Origin: Candidatus Faeciplasma sp.
GTDB taxonomy: Bacteria; Bacillota; Clostridia; Oscillospirales; Ruminococcaceae
NCBI GenBank assembly: GCA_045660445.1
Contig: JAZRDR010000006.1
Coordinates: 1,208 to 65,207, forward strand
Length of the DNA stretch: 64,000 nucleotides
Direction of reading: 5' to 3'
How positions within the stretch are numbered: position 1 is the first letter of the stretch; each line of letters begins with the position of its first letter. Below the pieces are notes generated by a model, which was not told the DNA's origin, did no database searches, and was given only the letters and a program-made list of their open reading frames with translations. Position numbers and translations under genes: made by a program. Positions 1 through 8,415 of this stretch are shown piece by piece.

Positions 1-274
1 AGCCAACATGAATTAATGCAGATATTCTCCCAGTATTATAGCATAGTGTCATAATAATCAAGTTAATTAGTACAAAAGATAACGTATTAGTATAGAAATT
101 TGCAATACTAGACAAAGAGACATATAAAAGAACAGCATAACCAGCAAAGAAAGAAAGGATACTAAACAGTTTGCTTCTTTTAGTAGAAAACAAATAACTC
201 AAGTAAGAGCGTGTTATCATAGCTTCTATTACAAAAACAACGATATAACAAATCAACTCAACATATGTGTTCAT
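1..274 (-). CDS. AgrC/ComD-type membrane sensor histidine kinase, N-terminal part only (runs off window)
   Basis: Not in the ORF track. My reverse-complement translation from ATG 274..272 stays open to base 1: MNTYVELICYIVVFVIEAMITRSYLSYLFSTKRSKLFSILSFFAGYAVLLYVSLSSIANFYTN... It is a hydrophobic multi-TM N-terminus. Its ATG overlaps the TGA of the LytTR regulator (ATGA), the usual RR-HK coupling. The kinase domain is outside the window. Confidence 0.45.
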   Translation of the reverse strand, partial: MNTYVELICYIVVFVIEAMITRSYLSYLFSTKRSKLFSILSFFAGYAVLLYVSLSSIANFYTNTLSFVLINLIIMTLCYNTGRISALIHVG

Positions 275-990
275 TTCATACTCTCCATATATAGTAAATA
301 AGTATTTTTGAATTCTTTAAAACGCCTTGATGCAAGATATGCATTTATTCTTTTATTGTGCGATCTCAAAACGACAGTATCCTTGTTGAATGAAGATACA
401 TATTTCATATTGACTATAAAACTTCTGTGCGTATGGTAAAAACATGGAGTTATAATTCGCTCCTTCCAATACTCTATTCCCTTAACGCTATCAATATCTC
501 GGTAATTTGTGTATACAATTGATCGTCGGCCATCTGCACAAATGCACATAATATCTTCAGACAATAAAGTCTCATATCCATCTGCTGTTTCAACAATTAT
601 TGGCGTAGTATCTATAACGAGTTGTTTAACAGCGTCCTTTATATTTCGAAAAAGCCTATTCTTATCGATTGGTTTTGAAAGGTATCTAAAAACTTGAAAA
701 CGCATGGCTTCATCAAGATAATCAGCGTATGAAGTAACGATTATTATCTTAATACGTGGATTTCTTTCCTTTAACTTTGCGCCGACATGGATTCCACTTT
801 GGCCAGGCATTTCAACATCCAAGAAAGCAATATCTCCGTTTTCTTCACTCTCAATTAGCTCATCTCCGTTGTTATATGAAACATATGATGGCGTGATATC
901 ACTAATTTTTGAAAAGTATTCAGCAACCAATTGCTTCATCTGATTAGTGAATATGGGGTCATCGTCACAAAAAATAATACGTAAATTCAA
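271..990 (-). CDS. LytTR-family response regulator (AgrA-like)
   Basis: 239 aa. Receiver domain (IIFCDDDP, DIAFLDVEMPG, IIIVTSY) plus C-terminal LytTR DNA-binding domain (HRSFIVNMKYV). Confidence 0.9.
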   Translation of the reverse strand: MNLRIIFCDDDPIFTNQMKQLVAEYFSKISDITPSYVSYNNGDELIESEENGDIAFLDVEMPGQSGIHVGAKLKERNPRIKIIIVTSYADYLDEAMRFQVFRYLSKPIDKNRLFRNIKDAVKQLVIDTTPIIVETADGYETLLSEDIMCICADGRRSIVYTNYRDIDSVKGIEYWKERIITPCFYHTHRSFIVNMKYVSSFNKDTVVLRSHNKRINAYLASRRFKEFKNTYLLYMESMK

Positions 991-1036
991 AGGACATTAC
1001 CTCCCTAAACGATGTAATGTCCTTATTATATCATAA

Positions 1037-1387
1037 TTATGCAAAATTGTCATCATTCCATTTTGATGAATTCCTGTCTACCATTAATTGTACGATTTCT
1101 TTCACCAATTGCAAATCATCATTAGAACACAATCTAAGACTTTCAATTATATTCTGTGAAATGTTATCTGAATGCATCGATCCCATCAGTAAATAATCAG
1201 GGGTTACGTCTAACGCATTACAAATATCGACTAACAGGTCTAAACTCGGTATTTCCTTGCCACGTTCCACTCCAGATAGATGATTATTTGAAATGTCAAG
1301 TTTTTCTGCAAGAGATATTTGACTAATTCCTAATTGTTTTCTTCTTTTCGAAATTCTCTTACCCATTTGTGAATATTGCAGTTCCAT
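1037..1387 (-). CDS. XRE-family HTH transcriptional regulator
   Basis: HTH_XRE motif KRRKQLGISQISLAEKLDISNNHLSGVERG. I moved the start to internal ATG 1387 (MELQYSQ), which has a GGGTGA RBS. The track start at 1435 is also possible. Confidence 0.8.
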   Translation of the reverse strand: MELQYSQMGKRISKRRKQLGISQISLAEKLDISNNHLSGVERGKEIPSLDLLVDICNALDVTPDYLLMGSMHSDNISQNIIESLRLCSNDDLQLVKEIVQLMVDRNSSKWNDDNFA

Positions 1388-1645
1388 AATATCACCCAAA
1401 TTTATGATATCAATTAATCTCAAACTTGTTAACAATATATTTCAGAAATTTTCTGCTATATATTTAATGAAAAATAAATATATTCCAGAAGTATTCTGCT
1501 TTGTATAAAAGAAACATGCATCTAAATAAATAATTCATCTCTTTTGTTGTCATTTTGTCATTTCGTGTCCAATTATTGTGCTATTTTAATGAATAATGTT
1601 ATAATGTACTTGCTAAATGCAATTACTTTTAAGGAGGACAATAAT

Positions 1646-1801
1646 ATGTCAAAAAACAAGAATTTAGTCTACAAAATCGCTGCTACTTGTACAACATTTC
1701 TGAGCGCTGTTCTTTTTGTATGTGCTAACACATCGTCATGCATGGCTATTCATCAGCCCAAAGCACCCGAAAATCTCTCAAAGTTTAGTAAAATACAGTG
1801 A
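1646..1801 (+). CDS. agrD: AgrD-like autoinducing-peptide precursor (51 aa)
   Basis: ATG 1646 lies behind an aaggagga RBS, in frame with track ORF 1544..1801. Sequence: MSKNKNLVYKIAATCTTFLSAVLFVCANTSSCMAIHQPKAPENLSKFSKIQ. It has a hydrophobic leader, a Cys core (CMAIH) and a QPKxPExL-type charged tail as in clostridial AgrD. The stop overlaps the agrB start (GTGA). Confidence 0.7.
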   Translation: MSKNKNLVYKIAATCTTFLSAVLFVCANTSSCMAIHQPKAPENLSKFSKIQ

Positions 1802-2379
1802 TTCGTAAATTGTCAGATGTTATAGCAACATGGCTTGCAAAAACAGGAGCGATTGAGGAAAGCGAACAAGAATTATACAGTTACGCTGTATATAGCTTTT
1901 TGTTTTCCTTGGCCCCTATAGTGTTGTCAATAACAGTAGGTATGATAATGGACATGATTATCGAAAGTCTTCTGTTTGTTCTTCCATTTGTAGCTATCAG
2001 AAAATTTAGTGGGGGATTTCATTTGAAGTCTCCCACGATATGCTTCTTTTCTTCTGTATCAACATTTATTATTTGCTTTTTCGTTATTAAAGCTATCATA
2101 ACTTATCAGGTTTATTTGCCCATAATTATTGCTACTATTTTGGCAGTAATACAACTTATGGTCGTAAGTCCGATAGATTCAGAGAATAGAAAATTATCTC
2201 CTAAGGAATTCTACGTTTTTCGTAAAATTACTATTATCATATCCATACTGTTTGCATTAATCTTTTTGTTATTATCATGCATTGGTTTGGAAAAGTACGC
2301 ATGTCCTATTGGCGTGGGAATAATCATGACTTCAGCTCTCCAAATGCCAGTTATAATTAAAAGACATATGCGACTATAA
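1798..2379 (+). CDS. agrB: AgrB-family membrane peptidase (AIP maturation)
   Basis: 193 aa and polytopic. The RKFSGGFHLKSPTIC motif gives His75 and Cys82, with the 7-residue spacing of the AgrB catalytic His/Cys pair. Confidence 0.85.
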   Translation: MIRKLSDVIATWLAKTGAIEESEQELYSYAVYSFLFSLAPIVLSITVGMIMDMIIESLLFVLPFVAIRKFSGGFHLKSPTICFFSSVSTFIICFFVIKAIITYQVYLPIIIATILAVIQLMVVSPIDSENRKLSPKEFYVFRKITIIISILFALIFLLLSCIGLEKYACPIGVGIIMTSALQMPVIIKRHMRL

Positions 2380-2505
2380 TCAAAAAAGTTATATATTTTG
2401 AACTAAATCATTATGATAGAAGCAAAAAGTAATTCTAAAAAGCCGAGTTGAACCAAGTCAAGGATTCTATCCAAACATAACGAATACTCCTAGGGAATTG
2501 CACCA

Positions 2506-2877
2506 ATGAATACAGCATCTGATCTTGGACAATTTCTTGTACAAAAACGCATAGAGCACAACATATCTGCAAGATGGCTTTCAAAAGCCCTCAACATCTC
2601 CGCAGTATATATGTGCGACATTGAAAAAGGAAGAAGGACTCTTCCTGATGACCTGCTTCCTAAAGTAGCTGAGATTTTACTTCTTACCGAAGAGGAGAAA
2701 ACTCAAATGTATGATCTGGTAGCAATGTCTAAAAATACTGTAAGCGTAGATATTTGCGAGTACATAATGAATAAAGACATTGTCAGGAAAGTCATACGCA
2801 CAGCTATTAAGAACGATATTCCTGATGATGCGTGGGAAGCGTTCTTCGAACAAACAATTGTACAAGATAAAAAATGA
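2506..2877 (+). CDS. XRE-family HTH regulator
   Basis: 123 aa. ISARWLSKALNISAVYMCDIEKGRR is an HTH_XRE pattern. Confidence 0.8.
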   Translation: MNTASDLGQFLVQKRIEHNISARWLSKALNISAVYMCDIEKGRRTLPDDLLPKVAEILLLTEEEKTQMYDLVAMSKNTVSVDICEYIMNKDIVRKVIRTAIKNDIPDDAWEAFFEQTIVQDKK

Positions 2878-2940
2878 CATTAAATGTCATTTTTTATCAA
2901 TATGATATTCGCAAATTTGCGAATATGGGAGGTTAATATA

Positions 2941-3141
2941 TTGCAGACAACGACTGAATCTCATTCTGCTCAAAAGGTAATCAGGTATAAAATTGCTTGT
3001 CCGTGTTGCGGCCGGCTGATTATCAGCGATATGAATAACCGCCCTTTTAAAGTTGAGGAGCTTCTGCCCAAAGACTCAGACAAGTATCACAAGGTTACCA
3101 GATGTCCTCGCTGTAAGTTGTGGATAGGAGTGTACAACTGA
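2941..3141 (+). CDS. small Zn-ribbon protein (two CxxC pairs, KTR-like)
   Basis: TTG 2941 lies 8 nt after GGGAGG (2927-2932), in frame with track ORF 2884..3141. CPCCG and CPRCK pairs. Similar small Cys-rich proteins accompany XRE and sigma genes in Tn916-like elements (from memory). Confidence 0.5.
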   Translation: MQTTTESHSAQKVIRYKIACPCCGRLIISDMNNRPFKVEELLPKDSDKYHKVTRCPRCKLWIGVYN

Positions 3142-3255
3142 ACAGAAGTGAAGGTCTACAGCCGGAAACGCTGATTAAAATCAGTAGGAGCGAGCTTACG
3201 AAACGCCTATAAGTTATAGCTTTTTAACGCTATTTCTTGTGGGCGTTATTGTTTT

Positions 3256-3288
3256 CCTTTCTGCGTTAAAAGCAGGAAGGACTTTTTT
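3256..3288 (+). terminator. rho-independent terminator-like hairpin
   Basis: CCTTTCTGC-gttaaaa-GCAGGAAGG followed by acTTTTTT. Confidence 0.5.
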
Positions 3289-3334
3289 ATGTATATAAGG
3301 GATTCTTGGGAGGAAGACATCGCCAAATACCCAT

Positions 3335-3378
3335 AACTCCTTTGTTTTGATTCAAACAAAAATCAAGACAAAGGAGTT
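3335..3378 (+). promoter_or_regulatory. 18-bp stem hairpin that sequesters the RBS of the sigma-like gene
   Basis: AACTCCTTTGTTTTGATT (3335-3352), loop caaacaaa, AATCAAGACAAAGGAGTT (3361-3378). The only non-Watson-Crick position is a U-G wobble. The right arm contains the AAGGAG Shine-Dalgarno for ATG 3385. Confidence 0.55.
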
Positions 3379-3384
3379 TTCATT

Positions 3385-3813
3385 ATGAAGGAATACATAT
3401 TAAAAGTTTACAATCCATCTACGCAGAAAATAGAAGATGTTATAACAACTAAAGAGGTATACGATACCTACCGAAGAATGGAGTGGAAAGCAAAATACGG
3501 AGATAAGCTGTTCTATAAGAATGAAATACAGTTCAGTTCTTTGAACGGACTACAAGACGGACTGCTCCCTCAGTATGCATCATCTGAGCTCGATCCTGCT
3601 CAAGCGTATGAAGCCATAGAATTGCTAAATGAATTGGAAAAGGCCATATCAAAGTTAGATGACTACGACCAAGCGATGATCAAAGCCATCTATATTAACG
3701 GCAAAACCGAAAGAGAATACAGCAGTGAAATCGGCGAGTCACAGCAGACTGTACACTATAACAAATTGAGAATTTTAAAAAGTCTAAGATTTTTTCTCGA
3801 AATTTTTTGTTAA
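3385..3813 (+). CDS. small sigma-70 region-4-like protein (Tn916 orf7-type regulator)
   Basis: 142 aa. C-terminal HTH EYSSEIGESQQTVHYNKLRILKSLR. The position next to XRE and Zn-ribbon genes is typical of conjugative or mobilisable element regulatory modules. Confidence 0.7.
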   Translation: MKEYILKVYNPSTQKIEDVITTKEVYDTYRRMEWKAKYGDKLFYKNEIQFSSLNGLQDGLLPQYASSELDPAQAYEAIELLNELEKAISKLDDYDQAMIKAIYINGKTEREYSSEIGESQQTVHYNKLRILKSLRFFLEIFC

Positions 3814-4241
3814 AGTGCTTTAAAATTACTCTATATAGGTGAAAGGATATTCCTTATCCTATGTAGCTTGACAACTGAATACCGAGTACCGATACATAAC
3901 TTCGGACTTACTCAAATGTTTGAGTAAGCCTTTCTTATCACATACGCCATGACTCTTAATTGATGAGCGATACACTGTGTATAAGATATAGCAATTCAGC
4001 ACTGCTATTACGGCGATGACGAATCCGAAGATAATGATACTTCTGCTTTGCAGTCCGCCTGAGATGAAGGGACGGGATATGAACATACCGAGTTGTCGGT
4101 ATACCATATATGAGCATCTTTGCTGAGATGCTGTCGGTACTCGCTTTTATTCCAAAGCCAAATAAAATGGCTGCGGAACTATTGTGCAGGACATCTAAGG
4201 TCCTGCACACCATTCTGCCGCCATAAGAAAGGAAGATTAAA

Positions 4242-5168
4242 TTGTTTGAGTTTACATACGAAGACAGCCATATACTAAACAAATACATTAACGAGAAAAA
4301 AGCATATACAGGCGGAGTATACGATTTCACATACGAAGGAAGATATCTGATATATCACGCATTTATTCAAAACACTACCGCTTACATAGTTATAGATATG
4401 AAAACTGATCAGGCATCAAGGGTAATTAACAAAAAACTTGGCGAATTGATTCCCAAAGATGAATACGGTCGGATGATACCTCTTATGTATAAAGCACTAA
4501 CATATACAGGAGAATTCAGATATGGCTGTGCATTAAATACCCGGCCTCTTGAAGCTATCGAAGATATACTTAAAAACGCATTCACTGCCTATGGATTCGA
4601 CATAAACGAACATCAAATTGAACTTGCAAAGAGCGTATACTGTGGTCTTATGAAAAACAAGATTACTATCTGCGAAACATTGCATTGTAAAGATCGAGAA
4701 AAGATTATGGCGTACCTATTGGCGGGATTTCTTGTTTGGAAAAACAGCAGTAACTACTATAGAAACGATTCGCCTATAATCATCTGCACAGACGGTTCAG
4801 ATGAGGTAAGCTCCGCAATAAAATCGGAATTGTTAAGACTCTCATCAATGCTGTTTGATGTGGGAATAATCCAAAATCCGTTAAAGGCTGTCAGTGTAAA
4901 AGGCCGACAGCATTATCTATGTCCAAGAAGATTTGAAACATATATGAGAGATATCTCCAAGCATATGGATAAGCATAAAGAACTAATAGGTTTCCTTAAT
5001 GACATAAACCCCAATAAGCTAATTGACCTTGACGGCATTCCAATTCATCCTGATACGAAGAAAAAGATTTGTGTTAAAGGCTCTTGTCGAAACTGCAAGA
5101 GGAAACCAAAATGCCCATATGCCAAGTTTACATCGAACGTGCGTAAAGACAATGAAAAACATATATGA
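4242..5168 (+). CDS. DinG/XPD-like helicase homologue, N-terminal part, Walker A degenerate
   Basis: TTG start behind aaaggaag. HQIELAKSVYCGLMKNKITICETLHCKDREKIMAYLLAG aligns by eye with the DinG Q-motif/motif I region, but GTGTGKT is replaced by LHCKDREK. KGRQHYLCPRRF and CVKGSCRNCKRKPKCPY (C-x4-C-x2-C-x5-C) fit the Fe-S domain. Confidence 0.55.
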   Translation: MFEFTYEDSHILNKYINEKKAYTGGVYDFTYEGRYLIYHAFIQNTTAYIVIDMKTDQASRVINKKLGELIPKDEYGRMIPLMYKALTYTGEFRYGCALNTRPLEAIEDILKNAFTAYGFDINEHQIELAKSVYCGLMKNKITICETLHCKDREKIMAYLLAGFLVWKNSSNYYRNDSPIIICTDGSDEVSSAIKSELLRLSSMLFDVGIIQNPLKAVSVKGRQHYLCPRRFETYMRDISKHMDKHKELIGFLNDINPNKLIDLDGIPIHPDTKKKICVKGSCRNCKRKPKCPYAKFTSNVRKDNEKHI

Positions 5169-5776
5169 TTGTAAGTAACAGTGTGTATCTTGGATATATT
5201 ACTTCCAGCTTCAACAGTTCAGTAGATATATTACCAATGAACACTTATGTAATAATCGAAAACGGTAGAGGATTCTACCGTGCTTCAAAGAAAATACTTT
5301 CACAGCGTGTTTCAGACAAGGAAATACATTCATTTCTCAACTCAGTAACACACTCAAGAAACACATCCATCAGCAAAACATCATATCTTCACCTGATAGA
5401 CCAGGCACATGAACTAACTCATAAGATTTTCGAAAGGATCAAAGAAAGCCAGAATCCGAACAATAACATCATCACAGAACTCGATTCCAAAACTGCGTTA
5501 CAGATAGACGCCTTAATATCTATGCTCGAAACGATAGACAATGCAAGAATTCATAAATCGAACTATTTTGATTCACGAGGAGCAAAGATGTGTCAAAAGC
5601 TGAAAAAGCTCAAAGAGCATAAAGGCATAGATATGTGGATCAGTGAGAAAACGTCTTCTACAGAAGTGAGATCCTCTCCGAAGAACTCGAATAAAGAATT
5701 GTACGACTTACTTTGGAACAAAGATTCTGCATTTGTATTATTGGAGGAGAGGGTAAATGATGGACAAACAATCTGA
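5165..5776 (+). CDS. continuation of the DinG-like homologue in another frame (ATGA overlap), DEAH box lost, truncated
   Basis: MIVSNSVYL matches the vvVtNHxLL strand that follows the Fe-S domain. Where DEAH is expected the sequence reads YVIIENGRGF. The ORF ends before any helicase domain-2 motif. Confidence 0.5.
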   Translation: MIVSNSVYLGYITSSFNSSVDILPMNTYVIIENGRGFYRASKKILSQRVSDKEIHSFLNSVTHSRNTSISKTSYLHLIDQAHELTHKIFERIKESQNPNNNIITELDSKTALQIDALISMLETIDNARIHKSNYFDSRGAKMCQKLKKLKEHKGIDMWISEKTSSTEVRSSPKNSNKELYDLLWNKDSAFVLLEERVNDGQTI

Positions 5777-5912
5777 TGTTAAAAACATAGCTTTCGAATA
5801 CAGCGTATACATAATCAAAAAGCTCTTAACCATGGAGCTAATCAGCCAAGACGAATATGATCGCATAATGACGATATGCAAAAACCATTACCACAATAAA
5901 ATATGTGTCTAA
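5757..5912 (+). CDS. 51-aa helical protein immediately upstream of the recombinase genes
   Basis: Below the track size cut-off. ATG 5757 follows GGAGGAGAGGG. Sequence: MMDKQSDVKNIAFEYSVYIIKKLLTMELISQDEYDRIMTICKNHYHNKICV, stop 5910-5912. It overlaps the end of 5165..5776 by 20 nt. Confidence 0.45.
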   Translation: MMDKQSDVKNIAFEYSVYIIKKLLTMELISQDEYDRIMTICKNHYHNKICV

Positions 5913-5955
5913 AAAGATAACTTTTCAAATTTGAGCTGGATGTTTCTGTACTTAT

Positions 5956-7563
5956 GTGGTATTGTCTGTGTTGCAAAAACAAATGAAAGGATTGAGTGAC
6001 ATAAATATTGTAGACATTTCAATAACAGCTCCGCAAACAGAAGTAATTCTCTTAGCGGCATACTGCCGTGTATCCAGCGATTCTGACGATCAGCTTCACT
6101 CTTTTGCAGCACAAATAAGATACTACAAAGATTATGAAAGAAACCATCCCCAGTACAAGCTTGTAGATATCTATGCAGACGAAGGAATAACAGGAACTTG
6201 CATGGACAAGCGTGATGAGTTTTCCCGAATGATCAGTGATTGTAAAAAAGGGAAAATCAATAGAATAATCGTCAAGTCTGTTTCAAGATTTGCAAGAAAT
6301 ACAGAAGAACTGCTTATAACACTCCGACTGCTGAAAGATTTGAATGTGAGTGTGTATTTCGAAGAACAAGATATTGATACCGAAAAACTGAATATGGAAA
6401 TGATTGTAACATTCCCCGGTATGGCCGCACAGCAAGAAAGCGAAGCCATATCGGGGAATATGCGTTGGAGCTATAAAAAACGAATGGAGTCAGGCGAATT
6501 CAACTGTTGCAGACCTGCGTACGGATACTCGTTATGTAACGGAAAGATCACAATTAACGAAGAAGAGGCCAACGTCGTAAGACGTATATTCAGTCTATTC
6601 CTAAACGGGATGGGAAAACAAAGAATCGCCAACTTACTGAACTCAGAAGGAATCCTAAACAGGTATTACAATCATAAGTGGTATGCATCGACAATCAGAT
6701 ACATATTGACCAATGAAAGATATATAGGCGACTCACTGTTACAAAAGAAATATACAACCGATCATCTGCCATACAAGAAAATGAGAAACCACGGTGAAAG
6801 AGCACAGTACTACGTTGAAAACAGTCACTCCCCTATCGTTTCCAAGGAGACCTTCCATGCCGCTCAGGATCTTATAAAAGCAAAGGGACAAAACCACTCA
6901 TCACATAATCGATATCTGCTCTCCGGAATAATGCGATGCGCCTTTTGCGGTAAGACTTACAGAAGACAAATAATCAGAAATAAAGCATATTGGACTTGCT
7001 CTTACCGCTCATCAGGTTCCGCAAGTTGCGATAACTTTCTGCTAAGAGAAGACCAGATATATGATGCTCATATGCTAATGCTAGACAAGCTCATAACCTA
7101 CAAAAAAGTTCTTATCGACTCTGCCATCAATCAGCTCAAAGAACTTCAAAGCAAAAGTGGAAACTGTTGCAGTGAAATCAGAAACATAGATAAACAAATC
7201 GCTGATCTTTCAGCAAGACATTTGGTTGTAACAAGACTTCATACGGGCGGTGTGCTGAATGCTGCAGATTTTGCCGCACAATCTTCCGAGGTCGATAATA
7301 AACTAAAATCATTACGTTTCAAGCGACGAGAACTGTTAAACGAAAATGACAACGAAATGTATTTGGACGAACTATATGAATTAAGTAACATACTGACCGA
7401 ATACGGCGAAACACAAAGCTATACCACCCGCATAGATGAAGACTTACTCAATAATATAGCAACCGAAATAACGGTATACAAATCCGAAATAACATTCAAG
7501 CTGTTGGGTGGCATTGAATTCACAGAGATGATTATGCTTGAAAGGCAGGAAACAGCATCATGA
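5956..7563 (+). CDS. large serine recombinase
   Basis: 535 aa. Resolvase catalytic domain (AAYCRVSSDSDDQ, VKSVSRFARN), recombinase domain and Zn-ribbon (CAFCG..C), and a coiled-coil C-terminus. The start could be the internal ATG 5983. Confidence 0.9.
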   Translation: MVLSVLQKQMKGLSDINIVDISITAPQTEVILLAAYCRVSSDSDDQLHSFAAQIRYYKDYERNHPQYKLVDIYADEGITGTCMDKRDEFSRMISDCKKGKINRIIVKSVSRFARNTEELLITLRLLKDLNVSVYFEEQDIDTEKLNMEMIVTFPGMAAQQESEAISGNMRWSYKKRMESGEFNCCRPAYGYSLCNGKITINEEEANVVRRIFSLFLNGMGKQRIANLLNSEGILNRYYNHKWYASTIRYILTNERYIGDSLLQKKYTTDHLPYKKMRNHGERAQYYVENSHSPIVSKETFHAAQDLIKAKGQNHSSHNRYLLSGIMRCAFCGKTYRRQIIRNKAYWTCSYRSSGSASCDNFLLREDQIYDAHMLMLDKLITYKKVLIDSAINQLKELQSKSGNCCSEIRNIDKQIADLSARHLVVTRLHTGGVLNAADFAAQSSEVDNKLKSLRFKRRELLNENDNEMYLDELYELSNILTEYGETQSYTTRIDEDLLNNIATEITVYKSEITFKLLGGIEFTEMIMLERQETAS

Positions 7564-8414
7564 GACACAGAAACATTTTATTCGGTTATCAGTACCGTGA
7601 GGGAAAGATAGTAATCAACCCCAAAGAAGCATTGGCTGTAAAAAGAATATTCAATGATTATTTGAATGGATTATCTTTGCTATCAATCTCAGAAAGCCTT
7701 TCAAAAGAGAATATAGAGTACATATCCGGTTCCTGCAATTGGAACAAAGCAAGACTTATGAGAATGCTCGAGGATGTGAGGTATATAGGAAACGATCAAT
7801 ACCCTGCCATAATAGACTGCGATATATTCAGTAGAATTGCCATTATAAAATCGCAAAGATGTACCACCAAAACTGCTCGCTCTAAATCTGAACGTATAGG
7901 AGCAGATATCAAGGTCAACTGCCACAAGTGCGGAGAAAAGATGAAGAGATATCACAATATCAAGTGTAAGTGTCCCGAATACTGGTTATGCCAAAGTTGC
8001 AAAGAACGGATTTCAATATCCGATTCTGAGCTATTGGAAAATATAACGGCTTGCCTCAATAGCATTATACAGAATCCAAATCTCATCAATGAAGGAGCCG
8101 TGCCTCAGATTTGCCGGTGCGCTGATATTATGCAGATTGAGAATGCCATTTCGAGAGAACTTGAAAACGTGTCTGTTGACAGAGAAAAAGTAAGATCATT
8201 GATCTGCAATCTAGCATCCGTAAAATACTCAAAGATAGATAACACGCATTTTATATCCAAAAAACTAAAAGCGGAATTTGAGCAATCAAATCCGCTTTCT
8301 TCATTTTCTAAAGAGTTATTTAAAAGAGTTGCTAAAGGAATAACGCTTAGGCCTGACTGTTCAGTTACAATAATTCTCCAAAACGGTCAAAGCATAAACA
8401 AGGAGTCACACTGA
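7560..8414 (+). CDS. recombinase-domain protein lacking the serine catalytic domain
   Basis: 284 aa. It starts directly in the recombinase domain (FGYQYREGKIVINPKEALAVKRIFNDYLNG) and has Cys-rich Zn-ribbon-like segments (CHKCGEKM, CQSCKE). There is no RVS/SRxxRN N-terminal domain. Its ATG overlaps the upstream TGA (ATGA). Confidence 0.8.
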   Translation: MRHRNILFGYQYREGKIVINPKEALAVKRIFNDYLNGLSLLSISESLSKENIEYISGSCNWNKARLMRMLEDVRYIGNDQYPAIIDCDIFSRIAIIKSQRCTTKTARSKSERIGADIKVNCHKCGEKMKRYHNIKCKCPEYWLCQSCKERISISDSELLENITACLNSIIQNPNLINEGAVPQICRCADIMQIENAISRELENVSVDREKVRSLICNLASVKYSKIDNTHFISKKLKAEFEQSNPLSSFSKELFKRVAKGITLRPDCSVTIILQNGQSINKESH

Positions 8415-8415
8415 T

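Noticed and set aside
3859-4330. Two overlapping minus-strand ORFs (82 and 124 aa) in the 430-bp gap between the sigma-like gene and the DinG-like gene. One has a TM-like segment, which raised the idea of a type I toxin or small membrane protein.
   Set aside because: I found no Shine-Dalgarno before either Met and no promoter I could identify, and the two overlap each other in different frames. The gap also contains palindromes (3909-3930, 4186-4210) that look more like RNA structure. I left the region unannotated.
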